DNA from: an uncultured Verrucomicrobiota bacterium
Lineage (GTDB): Bacteria; Verrucomicrobiota; Kiritimatiellia; RFP12; UBA1067
Assembly: GCA_946613265.1 (NCBI GenBank)
Contig: CAMOFK010000001.1
Coordinates: 22,753 to 86,752 of the forward strand
Direction of reading: 5' to 3'
Length of the DNA: 64,000 nucleotides
How positions within the stretch are numbered: position 1 is the first letter of the stretch; each line of letters opens with the position of its first letter. This document shows, piece by piece, positions 9,127 through 18,254 of the stretch. The notes beneath the pieces were generated by a model, which did not search any database, had not been told where the DNA came from, and saw nothing but the letters and a program-made list of their open reading frames with translations. The position numbers were made by a program, and so were the translations under genes.

Positions 9127-10062
9127 TTACAGGTAGCCCATTCTTGCGAGGAGTTGCTTGTTCTTCATCCAGTCCGGTTCCACGCGAACCCAGAGCTCGA
9201 GCGCGACTTTTACGTCGAAAAGCTCTTTCAATTCGCGCTCCGCAGCTTTGCGCGCTTTCTTTATTATCTCCGCGCCGCGCCCGATCACGATTGGCTTTTG
9301 GGAAGGGCGGTTGACGAGGATTTCCGCCGCTACGTCCCAGCGCTCCGGCGTTTCGCGAAGCTCCTTCACGTATATCCCCAGCTCGTGCGGGACTTCCTGG
9401 TGCAGATGGCGCAGAAACTTCTCGCGTATCGAATCGGCGATCGCCAGGCGCTTCGGGTAGTCGGTCACGATGTCCTCCGGGAACAAGCGCTCGCCTTCGT
9501 CGGCCATCTCGAACAGCGCGTCGAGGACTTCCTTCTCGCCGCCTTCGACGGTGGAGACGGCCTTCACCCAGCGCACCGTCTGCGGGCCGTCCTCCCGTCC
9601 GGCTTGTGCATCCGCATCTTCCGCTTGCGCCGGCGTCTCGGCTTTCACGCGCTCGAATTCGGCAAGGAATTCGCTTGCGCATGTCGGCTCTTTGTCCGTC
9701 TTGTTCAATACGAAGAGCACTCTGCCGGTGTGCTCGCGCACGATGCGCTGCATCCATCCGATGTCTTCGAGCTGCGGCATGACGGAGGCGTCGAAAAGCA
9801 CGCAGAGGATATCCGCGCCGGCCGCAGAGCGGCGCGCCGTCCTGTTGAGAAGCCTGCCAAGTTCGCCGACGGCCTTGTGCAATCCCGGCGTATCGAGGAG
9901 GACGAGCTGTCCGCGCGCGTCCTCCACGATCCCACGGACCATGTTTCGCGTCGTCTGCTCGACCGGGGAGACGATCGAGACCTTCTCGCCGACGAGACGG
10001 TTTACGAGCGTGGATTTGCCCGCATTCGTCCTTCCGACAACCGCTACTACAGCGCTTTTCAT
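9127..10062 (-). CDS. era: GTPase Era
   Basis: 311 aa. G1 GRTNAGKST, G3 DTPG, G4 NKTD, and a C-terminal KH domain (IVIGRGAEIIKKARKAAERELKELF). It has a roughly 25-aa acidic insertion. Confidence 0.95.
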   Translation of the reverse strand: MKSAVVAVVGRTNAGKSTLVNRLVGEKVSIVSPVEQTTRNMVRGIVEDARGQLVLLDTPGLHKAVGELGRLLNRTARRSAAGADILCVLFDASVMPQLEDIGWMQRIVREHTGRVLFVLNKTDKEPTCASEFLAEFERVKAETPAQAEDADAQAGREDGPQTVRWVKAVSTVEGGEKEVLDALFEMADEGERLFPEDIVTDYPKRLAIADSIREKFLRHLHQEVPHELGIYVKELRETPERWDVAAEILVNRPSQKPIVIGRGAEIIKKARKAAERELKELFDVKVALELWVRVEPDWMKNKQLLARMGYL

Positions 10063-10089
10063 CGCGTGACGGCCGGTGCGGGGATTTGC

Positions 10090-11769
10090 CTAGGGAACCG
10101 GGAAGCCCAGCGCGAGGGCTTTCGCTTCGCGCTTCACGCGCTCCTGGATGGAAGTGTCGGCGATGTTGTCGAGCACATCGGCGATCCACGTACCGATCTT
10201 GATCATCTCCGGCTCTTTCATTCCGCGCGTCGTGACGGATGCGGTGCCCACGCGGATGCCGCTCGTCTTGAAAGGCGATTCGGTGTCGTAGGGGATGGTG
10301 TTCTTGTTCACGACGATGCCGGCGGCGTCGAGCGCGGCCGCCGCATCCTTGCCGGTTATCCCTTTCGTCGTCTTCACATCGACGAGGAAGAGGTGGTTGT
10401 CCGTGCCTCCGGAGACGATGCGATAGCCGCGATCCTGCACCGTCTTGCAGAGGACCGCGCAGTTCTTCACTACTTGCGCGGCGTAGTCCTTCTTCTCCGG
10501 CTGCATCCATTCGCGGAAGCATACCGCCTTTGCGGCGATGATGTTTTCGAGCGGCCCGCCTTGCATGCCGGGGAAGACGGCGGAATCCAGCGCCTTCGCG
10601 TACTGCGCCTTGCAGAGGACCATGCCGCCGCGCGGCCCGCCGAGAGTTTTGTGCGTCGTGGTGGTGACGAAATCAGCGTAGGGGACGGGCGAAGGATGCG
10701 CGCCGCCCGCGACAAGCCCTGCGATGTGCGCCATGTCGACGACCATCAGGCAGCCGGCCTTGTCGCAGATTTCCCGTATTCTCTTGAAGTCGAGCGTGCG
10801 CGGATATGCGGAGGCTCCCGTCAGGAGAATCTTCGGCTTTACTTCGAGCGCCTGCGCTTCGAGGGCGTCGTAGTCGAGCATCTCCGTCTTGCGATCCACG
10901 GTGTACGGGACGATGTTGTAGATCTTGCCGGAGAAATTGACCGGGCTGCCGTGCGAAAGGTGCCCGCCCTGATCGAGCGAAAGCGAGAGGATCGTATCGC
11001 CCGGCTTGATCGTCGCGAAATACACCGCCATGTTCGCGGCGGAGCCGCAATGCGGCTGGACATTCGCGTGCTCGGCGCCGAAAAGACGGCAGGCGCGCGT
11101 GCGCGCGAGCTCCTCGGCCGCGTCCACCGGGAGGCACCCGGAGTACCACCGCTTGCCCGGATAGCCCTCGGCGTACTTGTTCATCAGCACGCTTCCGGCA
11201 GCCTCGCGGCACGCGCGGCTCGAAAAATTCTCCGACGCGATTAGGTTGATTTCCGTATCCTCCTGCTCGGTCTGCGCGACGATCGCAGCGAAAATCTCCG
11301 GGTCGGCCTTGGCGAGCCCCGATGCGTCGCTCAAGCGGCCTGCGCGCTCGTTGAGCCAGCGCCTCCTGACATGGCGCTCGCTGGCGTCCGCAGGCGTCGC
11401 GATGAATGCGGATGCGATTTCCGCCGCGTAGTCCGCGGAGACGGAATTGGCGCCGAGGCAGAGGATGTTGGCATCGTTGTGCTGGCGCGCCATGACGGCG
11501 GCGTCAACGGTGGCGCAAAGCGCCGCGCGGACATTCTGGAAGCGGTTGGCCGACATCGACATGCCCACGCCGGACGTGCAAACGAGTATCCCGAAATCGA
11601 CTTCGCCTTTCGCGACCGCAAGCGCGACGGCTCTGGCGTACTCTGGATAATCGCAGGATTCGCGCGTGTCCGTGCCTGCGTCGATCATCGTCGCCTTGGC
11701 TCCGAGCGAACTCAAAAGCACGCACTTCATGGCATACCCGCCGTGGTCTGCACCGATAGCAATCTTCAT
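10090..11769 (-). CDS. glyA: Fusion protein: ribose-5-phosphate isomerase B (RpiB/LacAB) N-terminal domain plus serine hydroxymethyltransferase
   Basis: 559 aa. Residues 1-~145 read [15 protein letters not shown]...[16 protein letters not shown]...NILCLGA (RpiB). Residues ~160-559 carry [21 protein letters not shown] and [14 protein letters not shown] (the PLP lysine motif of SHMT). The frame is open and uninterrupted. Confidence 0.9.
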   Translation of the reverse strand: MKIAIGADHGGYAMKCVLLSSLGAKATMIDAGTDTRESCDYPEYARAVALAVAKGEVDFGILVCTSGVGMSMSANRFQNVRAALCATVDAAVMARQHNDANILCLGANSVSADYAAEIASAFIATPADASERHVRRRWLNERAGRLSDASGLAKADPEIFAAIVAQTEQEDTEINLIASENFSSRACREAAGSVLMNKYAEGYPGKRWYSGCLPVDAAEELARTRACRLFGAEHANVQPHCGSAANMAVYFATIKPGDTILSLSLDQGGHLSHGSPVNFSGKIYNIVPYTVDRKTEMLDYDALEAQALEVKPKILLTGASAYPRTLDFKRIREICDKAGCLMVVDMAHIAGLVAGGAHPSPVPYADFVTTTTHKTLGGPRGGMVLCKAQYAKALDSAVFPGMQGGPLENIIAAKAVCFREWMQPEKKDYAAQVVKNCAVLCKTVQDRGYRIVSGGTDNHLFLVDVKTTKGITGKDAAAALDAAGIVVNKNTIPYDTESPFKTSGIRVGTASVTTRGMKEPEMIKIGTWIADVLDNIADTSIQERVKREAKALALGFPVP

Positions 11770-11799
11770 CTTTTCTCCTTGGAGGATTTACACCCCTAT

Positions 11800-11808
11800 A
11801 TTATATCA
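11800..11808 (-). promoter_or_regulatory. Extended -10 promoter (TGATATAAT) for rpiB-glyA
   Basis: The reverse complement reads ggAAAATATGATATAATAtagg. It lies about 30 nt upstream of the ATG at 11769, which has an AAGGAGAAAAG ribosome-binding site. Confidence 0.7.
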
Positions 11809-11852
11809 TATTTTCCTTGATGCGCGGCGCCGGGCAGTCTCCTCGCGCCCGA

Positions 11853-11882
11853 TTGACGCCACGGCGTACGGAATGCTATAAT
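11853..11882 (+). promoter_or_regulatory. Sigma-70-type promoter (TTGACG, 18-nt spacer, TGCTATAAT) for the kinase gene
   Basis: The -35 TTGACG lies at 11853-11858 and the extended -10 TGCTATAAT at 11874-11882. It diverges from the rpiB-glyA promoter. Confidence 0.7.
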
Positions 11883-11939
11883 ATGCGCAGACTTGATCCT
11901 GCAAACCCTTGTGTATTCCGCAAAAGGCTTGTCGATGCG

Positions 11940-14900
11940 ATGGATTTTGAAGACAGCGAGTTTCTAACGCCCGGCGAAACGTTCGGGAGTTTTGTCGTGG
12001 AGCGGCTCCTCGGCAAAGGCGGCATGGGGAGAGTCTATCTCATGACCGAGCGCTCCACTGGCCGGAAATATGCCGTCAAAGTGATGAAGCCGCCGGACGG
12101 CCCGACGAGGCATGCATGGAGAAAGCGCTTTGCCAACGAGGCCGCATTCGCGAAGAAGGTGCATCACCGCAATCTCGTCCGCGTGCATGACATAGGCGAA
12201 GATCCCGAGACGCAGCTCTGCTATATAATAATGGATTACATGCCTGGCGGGACACTCGCGGATTTGCTCAAGCGGCAAGGCCGCCTTGGGATCGCGGACG
12301 CCACGGCCATCGCCATACAGGTTGCAGAGGGACTGGCGGCGGCGCATGACGCCGGAATAATCCATCGCGATGTAAAACCCGACAACGTAATGTTCGATGC
12401 CGGCGGCGTCGTGCATGTCGTGGATCTCGGCGTGGCCAAGCCGACGGCGTCGGCAGGCGCCGAAACGATAACGCAGACTGGGATGATCGTCGGCACGCCC
12501 GCCTATATGGCGCCGGAGCAGATAATCGATTCCCGCAGGGTGGATGTGCGCTCGGATATCTATTCTCTCGGAATATTGCTTTTCGAGATGCTGACCGGCA
12601 CGAGGCCGTACGCGAAGCTTTCGATGCTCGAGATGCTCGCCAAGGCGATAGACGGCGAGGCGATCTGCGATGTCCGCCAATATCGCAAAAGCGTGCCTTC
12701 CGGACTCGCGCATGCGATAGCGAAGTTCTGCGCGCCGTCATTGGACGAACGCGTGCAGACGGCGCACGAGGCGGCGCGGATGCTCAAAGCGACGCTGGAT
12801 CGTCCCCGGCGCGCGAAGCGGTTGCAGCAGGCGTTGTGCATAGGCGCGACGGCACTGATCGTCGCAGGCAGCATTGCGACGATCCTCTTTTCGCGCAGCT
12901 CTGGGGGCATTGAGGAGGGCGCGCTCCGCGAGGCCGTGGCTGGCGGCAGGACGTGGCGCTATCGCGTCGAGAACGGCGAAGCGGTGCTTAGCTGCGCGGA
13001 GAGCGTCGGCGGCACGCTGGCTTGCGTATCCGGTGCGCCTGCGGGAGAGCTAGAGATTCCCGCGAGCCTTGACGGCTTGCGCGTGGCGGCGATAGGCGAA
13101 CGCGCGTTTTCCGGCTCGTCCGGAGGGGGCGTGTTTTCGCGGGTGTCGATTCCCGAGGGCTTGCGGGAGATTCACGGCTGCGCATTCATAGATTGCTCCG
13201 CGCTGGAAGAAGTGAAACTGCCCTCGAGCGTGCGGAAGGTCGGCGCGCGCGCATTCGCTGCATGCCTATCGCTGCGGCGCTTCAATGCCGCGATGTGCGA
13301 AAGCATCGACGGCTCCGCTTTCATAGATTGCCCGCAGCTTGCCGAAATCCAAGTCGATGACGCCAACAGTGCGTTTGCGGCGCGCGATGGCGCGCTCTAT
13401 ACTAAAGATTGCAGCAAGCTTGTCGCATTCCCGAAGACGCGCGAGGCGGGCGGCTTGCGCTTCGCGCGATCGCTCGAGCGAATCGGCGCTTCGGCATTCG
13501 CGTCATGTTGCTTCGAGGCGTTGCGGCTGCCTGCAGGCGTGGCGGCGATCGAGAAAGGTGCGTTCCGCAACTGCCGGCGTCTTGCATTGCTTGAACTTCC
13601 CGACGGAGTGAGAGAGTTGCAAGATGATATTTTCGATGGCTGCGAAAGCCTCGTCAAGCTCGTCTTCGACGGCGATGCACCCGCGGATGCCGCCCCTGGC
13701 GTCTTCAACGGCGCCCCCGAGACGCTGGTTATCGAGGTCGGGGAAAATGCAAAGGGCTGGGGCGGCGGGCAGGCGTTTTCGCAATTCTGGCCGGCGGATG
13801 GATATAGCGACGGTCAAAGCGGGGCGCACGCGCCGGCGGGGCGCAGAGTGCGCCGCACCGGCGAAAAGAAAGACTCCGGAGATGTGCGCGCGGCGCGCGG
13901 CGGCGCGATCCCCGCGCCTGTGCGCCTCGAGGCTGAAGGCCGCGTCTGGATGTGCCGTGAAGCGCGCGCTGGGGAGCGCGACAGGCTGGTGCTGATGGAT
14001 GTCGAGCCTGCGCCGGCCGATGGATTTGCCATTCCCGCTGCGATAGGCGGAAGGCGGATCGAGGTCGTGGAGGGCGCGCTTTTCGCGCGTTGCGCAAGAG
14101 TGACGCGATTGTCGCTTGGCGAAGGAATAGCGGCGATCCATGGCGCGGCGGCGTTCGGGGCCTGCAAGGAACTTGAGACGGTCGAGCTGCCGGCCAGCAT
14201 GAGAAAGTTGGGCGAGCGCGCTTTCGCGGGATGCGAAAAGCTCAAAGAGATTCGCGTAGCCGGCGGAAGCGGGGCTTTCAAATCTTTCGGAGGATTGTTG
14301 TACAGCGGCGATGGCACGCGCCTCGTGGCATGCCCTGCCTCGCGCGACGAAATCACTCTCGAAAAAGGAGTCGCGAAAATCGAGCCTGGCGCGTTTGCCG
14401 GTTGCCGCTGCCGGAGCATTTCTTTCGGTGAAGGCGTCTGCGACGTAGGCGCGGGGGCGTTCGAGGACTGCCGCTTGCTTCGCCGGCTAGAGTTTCCCGC
14501 GGTGCTGCGAAGTCTGGGCGAGCGGGCTTTCAAGGGTTGCACGGCGCTGGAAACAATTCGCTTCAACGGCGATGCGCCCGAATGCGGCCCCGAGGTTCTG
14601 GCGGGATGCGCGAGCACGGTAATCGTCGAAGTTATGCCTGGTTCGAAAGGCTGGATGGGCGCGGCGATCCACCGCGGAGACGCAGCGCGAATCGCGCTTC
14701 CCGATTACTGGCCGGAGAATGCAGGAGAACATTCGCGCGAAATCCGCTTGGTTGGCGAGAGCGCGGAAAACGCAGCGCTTCGCCGCGGCACGGCGTTTCT
14801 CAGAAGCGGCATGCAGCGCGGCGTCCGCGAGGCATACGACGGCATGTCCGCGTGGTTTTACAAGCCGCAGGAAGCGAAAGCCTCCGGGCCGGCGTGTTCG

Positions 14901-16466
14901 CTGGAGTCGCCGGATGGCGCGCATCCATGCGTGTGGCCGCGCAGCGTGGGCCGCATTGCGCTTCCCGTGGAGCTGGAAGGGCGGAAGGTGCGCGCAATCG
15001 GCGCGCGCGCGTTTGCGGACTGTCGCTCGCTCACGAATGTAGCGTTTCCCGAAGGGCTGGAGGAGATTCGCGCGCCTGGCGCGTTTCGCGATTGCACAAG
15101 TCTCGCGGAAATCGCCTTTCCCATATCACTGAAGAAGGTCGAGGGGGATGCCTTCATGGGTTGCAGGACGCTTGCGAAAGTCGATATCGCGCTTTGCGCT
15201 TCGCTCTCCGGAGCGGCCTTTCGCGGATGCGGCGCGCTCGCTGCGTTCGCCGTGGCGCCGCAGAATGCTGCGTATGAAATTCGCGAAGGCGCGCTTTGCG
15301 CCGCCGGCGGCAAGACGGTCATCGCGTTCCCGCGCACGGAGCGCGCAGCGCGAATCCCCGCCGACGCCGCCGTCATCGGCGAGTATGCGGCGTCGCACGC
15401 ATCGTTTTCCGGAAGGCTCGCGGTGCCTGCCGGCGTGGCGGACATCCAACGCGGCGCTTTCGAGGCCTGCACTGCGCTTGGCGGCGTGGAGTTCTTCGCG
15501 AAGACTCTGAAGCTCGGCGCGGCGGTCTTCGCCGGCTGCGAGAATCTCCAATACGCAGTCTTCCACGGCGATGCGCCGGTCGCCGCCGCCGATGTTTTCG
15601 CCGGCACGCCGCCTGGACTCGTCGTTTACGTTCCGCGCGATTCGAGAGGCTGGACGAAGCCAGGCTCCAGACGTCTCCCGGCGCGTTGGCCTGCGGGCGC
15701 AGGCGAAAATGCACGAGAAATCCGCTTCGCAGGCGAGAGCGCCGATGAAGCGCGTGCGCGCAGACTGGCCGACGATGCCGCGCGCAGCGATGAAGCGCGC
15801 ATCAGGACGTTCGCGACCGGCAGGCGGACTTGGTTCTATTCGCTCGACGAGGGCAACGCCGTCCTCGGCGCAGGCGGAACGCAGCCGTGCGTCTCGCCTG
15901 CTCCCAGCGGGCGGCTTGCAATACCTTCGGAAATCGACGGGCATACCGTCGTGGCGCTGGGCGATGGGGCTTTCGCAGGGTGCGGAAATCTCTCGGTGGT
16001 CGGCCTGCCCGCGACGCTGGAGAGAATCGGCGCGCGCGCATTTTCCGGCTGCCATTCGCTTCGCGCCGTCGAACTGCCGCCTGCATGCAAAAGCATCGGC
16101 GAGCGCGCGTTCGCCGAATGCGGCAAATTGAAGAAGGTGCGGCTGTCGATGTGCGAAGAGCTTGCGGGCGAGGCGGTCTTCGCCTATTGCCCGGCGCTTC
16201 GCGAGTTCAGCGTCGCGCGCGGCAATCCATCGTTCACAATTCTCGACGGCTCGCTGTATTCGCGCGACGCGAAATGCCTTATAGCCGCGGCCGTGCCGAA
16301 AGACGGCCGCTTCCGCGTGCGGCCGGGCGTGACGGAAATTGCGCCGTATGCGTTTTGCGGTTCCGGCGTCGTCGATGTCAAGCTTGCAAAGAGCGTCGAG
16401 AAGATAGGCGAGAATGCTTTCAAAGATGCCCGGAGCCTGCGCAGGATTCCGCAAATCGGCGAGTGA
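11940..16466 (+). CDS. Transmembrane Ser/Thr protein kinase with four extracytoplasmic BspA-type leucine-rich-repeat modules
   Basis: Hanks kinase motifs: GKGGMGRVY, AVKV, HRDVKPDN, DLGVA, GTPAYMAPE. A TM segment (ALCIGATALIVAGSIATILFS) follows. Then come four modules of about 300-330 aa starting near 12945, 13928, 14832 and 15816. Each contains repeated IP..V..IG..AF..C..L units and ends in a G..GW...WP tail. The start is chosen at 11940 (MDFEDSEF), downstream of the promoter; the ORF track begins at 11817. Confidence 0.85.
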   Translation: MDFEDSEFLTPGETFGSFVVERLLGKGGMGRVYLMTERSTGRKYAVKVMKPPDGPTRHAWRKRFANEAAFAKKVHHRNLVRVHDIGEDPETQLCYIIMDYMPGGTLADLLKRQGRLGIADATAIAIQVAEGLAAAHDAGIIHRDVKPDNVMFDAGGVVHVVDLGVAKPTASAGAETITQTGMIVGTPAYMAPEQIIDSRRVDVRSDIYSLGILLFEMLTGTRPYAKLSMLEMLAKAIDGEAICDVRQYRKSVPSGLAHAIAKFCAPSLDERVQTAHEAARMLKATLDRPRRAKRLQQALCIGATALIVAGSIATILFSRSSGGIEEGALREAVAGGRTWRYRVENGEAVLSCAESVGGTLACVSGAPAGELEIPASLDGLRVAAIGERAFSGSSGGGVFSRVSIPEGLREIHGCAFIDCSALEEVKLPSSVRKVGARAFAACLSLRRFNAAMCESIDGSAFIDCPQLAEIQVDDANSAFAARDGALYTKDCSKLVAFPKTREAGGLRFARSLERIGASAFASCCFEALRLPAGVAAIEKGAFRNCRRLALLELPDGVRELQDDIFDGCESLVKLVFDGDAPADAAPGVFNGAPETLVIEVGENAKGWGGGQAFSQFWPADGYSDGQSGAHAPAGRRVRRTGEKKDSGDVRAARGGAIPAPVRLEAEGRVWMCREARAGERDRLVLMDVEPAPADGFAIPAAIGGRRIEVVEGALFARCARVTRLSLGEGIAAIHGAAAFGACKELETVELPASMRKLGERAFAGCEKLKEIRVAGGSGAFKSFGGLLYSGDGTRLVACPASRDEITLEKGVAKIEPGAFAGCRCRSISFGEGVCDVGAGAFEDCRLLRRLEFPAVLRSLGERAFKGCTALETIRFNGDAPECGPEVLAGCASTVIVEVMPGSKGWMGAAIHRGDAARIALPDYWPENAGEHSREIRLVGESAENAALRRGTAFLRSGMQRGVREAYDGMSAWFYKPQEAKASGPACSLESPDGAHPCVWPRSVGRIALPVELEGRKVRAIGARAFADCRSLTNVAFPEGLEEIRAPGAFRDCTSLAEIAFPISLKKVEGDAFMGCRTLAKVDIALCASLSGAAFRGCGALAAFAVAPQNAAYEIREGALCAAGGKTVIAFPRTERAARIPADAAVIGEYAASHASFSGRLAVPAGVADIQRGAFEACTALGGVEFFAKTLKLGAAVFAGCENLQYAVFHGDAPVAAADVFAGTPPGLVVYVPRDSRGWTKPGSRRLPARWPAGAGENAREIRFAGESADEARARRLADDAARSDEARIRTFATGRRTWFYSLDEGNAVLGAGGTQPCVSPAPSGRLAIPSEIDGHTVVALGDGAFAGCGNLSVVGLPATLERIGARAFSGCHSLRAVELPPACKSIGERAFAECGKLKKVRLSMCEELAGEAVFAYCPALREFSVARGNPSFTILDGSLYSRDAKCLIAAAVPKDGRFRVRPGVTEIAPYAFCGSGVVDVKLAKSVEKIGENAFKDARSLRRIPQIGE

Positions 16467-16485
16467 ACTATCCGCGGGGCAAATA

Positions 16486-16494
16486 TGGTATAAT
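16486..16494 (+). promoter_or_regulatory. Extended -10 promoter (TGGTATAAT)
   Basis: gcAAATATGGTATAATAcacg, followed by a 26-nt leader with AAGGAGGAG before the ATG at 16521. Confidence 0.7.
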
Positions 16495-16520
16495 ACACGC
16501 CAAAACCCCAAGGAGGAGCG

Positions 16521-17201
16521 ATGGCACTTAATATTGTGGAGAAGATCGACGGCCGCGTCGCCGTCAAAAACGTCCTGATGAGCGTGAGCGACAAGACGGG
16601 ACTCGATGAATTCGTTGAAGGACTCGTCGCCGCGTGCCCCGGAGTGAAGATTTATTCGACCGGCGGCACGTATGCGAAAGTCGCGGAAATCCTCGGCGAC
16701 CGCGCCAAGGATATCCTCGTCGCGGTGAGCGACTACACAGGCCAGCCGGAGATGCAGGGCGGGCTGGTCAAGACGCTCGATTTCAAAATCTATCTTGGCC
16801 TTCTCAGCGAGACCTACAACGATGCCCACCAGGCCGATCTCGCCAGACTCTCGGCAAAGCCGATCGATATGGTCGTCGTCAATCTCTATCCATTCCAGGC
16901 CACGGTGGCCAAGCCGGGCGTGACGCCGGAAATGGCGCGCACGAATATCGATATCGGCGGCCCTTGCATGGTTCGCGCATCTGCGAAGAACTACCTTCGC
17001 GTCGCTTCCGTGACGGATCCGCTGGACTACGCCAGCATCGCCCGCGAGCTGGCGATGAATGGCGGCACGATCGGTCTCGATACGCGCTTCAAGCTGATGA
17101 AGAAGGCGTTTGCGCATACTGCGCAGTACGACGCGGCTATCGCGGAATTCTTCACCTCCCGCCCCTGGGACGAGGTCAAGAATACCTATAGCATCCAGTA
17201 G
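16521..17201 (+). CDS. purH: Stand-alone IMP cyclohydrolase (MGS-like N-terminal domain of PurH); no AICAR formyltransferase domain
   Basis: 226 aa. VLMSVSDKTGL, STGGT, VVVNLYPF, NIDIGGPCMVRASAKNY and AFAHTAQYDAAIAEFF match PurH residues 1-~215. A stop follows, and an unrelated gene starts 50 nt later. Confidence 0.85.
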   Translation: MALNIVEKIDGRVAVKNVLMSVSDKTGLDEFVEGLVAACPGVKIYSTGGTYAKVAEILGDRAKDILVAVSDYTGQPEMQGGLVKTLDFKIYLGLLSETYNDAHQADLARLSAKPIDMVVVNLYPFQATVAKPGVTPEMARTNIDIGGPCMVRASAKNYLRVASVTDPLDYASIARELAMNGGTIGLDTRFKLMKKAFAHTAQYDAAIAEFFTSRPWDEVKNTYSIQ

Positions 17202-17252
17202 CGCGGCGATGCCGTCCGCATCTTCCATGGATTTCGCAACCGGGCAAGATTG

Positions 17253-18254
17253 ATGAACAAGCGCGCAAAGCACATTCTCCGGCGGCCGTTTGAATGGCTG
17301 GGAATAGCGTTGGCGCTCGCGATCATCGCCTTTCTGCCGCGCCGCGCGATGCTGGCAGTGGCGGATTTCGCGTCTGCGATCATGTACGCGTTTGATGCGA
17401 AAGGGCGCAAGCACGCAATCGTCAATCTCAAGATAATCAAGCCTTCGCTTTTCAACGGCCGGGGCGAAGGGATTCCGCGCGCGGCGAAGTCGATCGTCCG
17501 CCGCAGCTACCGGAACATGGCGCGCGCCGTCGCGCATGCTTTCTGGACGATGCGGAGCGCGAAGCGCCGCGTCGCGGAAGCCGGCGAGATGTCCGCCCGC
17601 GGCAAGGCGTTTCTCGCTGCGCACCATCCGGCGATCACCGTCTCCGCGCATCTCGGCTGTTGGGAAATCCTTTCGCAACTCGCATTCCTCGAAGGCCATG
17701 TGATGATGTCCGTCGCCAAGGACATAGGCTCGGAGAGGATGACGAAGCTGCTGATGCGCGCGCGCAAATCGATCGGCCAGGAAATAGTGCGCGCGGATGG
17801 CGCGTTCCGTCCGCTGATGAAGGGCCTGAAGGAAGGCAAGTCGCTCGGACTGCTCGTCGATCAGCCCGTGCGCCCCGAAGACGGCGGTATGTGGGTGCGG
17901 TTTTTCGGCCGCCCGTATCCCGTGTCGGTGGCGCCGGCGTTTTTCGCCGCGAAAGGGAAGGCGGCGATCGGCGTGGCGTGGTCGCGGCCGCTCAGGGACG
18001 GGCGCTACCGCTGCGAAGTCCTTGCGGAAATCGCCCCCGGCGAGGCGCGCGACATTTGGCAGACTACGCAGCGCATCCTCGAGATTCTAGAGAGGGTCAT
18101 CGCGCGCCATCCATCTTGCTGGGTGCTGAATTACAATGCGTTCCGCAAGCATATCAAGCCTGCGGAATTGGAGAAACTCTGCGCCAACGAAAGCAAAGCG
18201 CGCAATGCGCAAGGCGGGCGGCAGCGCGCGGATTTCGGCGACGGATCGAGATGA
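17253..18254 (+). CDS. Lipid A biosynthesis (Kdo)2-lipid IVA acyltransferase family protein (LpxL/HtrB-like)
   Basis: About 333 aa. N-terminal TM, the HX4E acyltransferase motif HLGCWE, and LLVDQ further on. Confidence 0.8.
   Translation: MNKRAKHILRRPFEWLGIALALAIIAFLPRRAMLAVADFASAIMYAFDAKGRKHAIVNLKIIKPSLFNGRGEGIPRAAKSIVRRSYRNMARAVAHAFWTMRSAKRRVAEAGEMSARGKAFLAAHHPAITVSAHLGCWEILSQLAFLEGHVMMSVAKDIGSERMTKLLMRARKSIGQEIVRADGAFRPLMKGLKEGKSLGLLVDQPVRPEDGGMWVRFFGRPYPVSVAPAFFAAKGKAAIGVAWSRPLRDGRYRCEVLAEIAPGEARDIWQTTQRILEILERVIARHPSCWVLNYNAFRKHIKPAELEKLCANESKARNAQGGRQRADFGDGSR

Noticed and set aside
6875-10522. 1215-aa ORF as one giant protein
   Set aside because: Its N-terminal 490 codons run antisense or out of frame through the clearly real era gene and the 3' end of glyA, and they are Arg-rich junk. 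Only the portion from 9055 (or 9118) downstream is the TPR protein.
15126-17699. 857-aa minus-strand ORF, and similar long antisense ORFs (310-1581 +, 2456-4222 +, 9154-11244 +, 21269-22558 -, 23158-24630 -, 38809-40644 -, 42698-43963 +, 47938-49110 -, 60726-61898 +)
   Set aside because: These are typical high-GC shadow ORFs. Each lies opposite a gene with unambiguous conserved motifs, has extreme Arg/Ala/Gly content, and has no recognisable domain.
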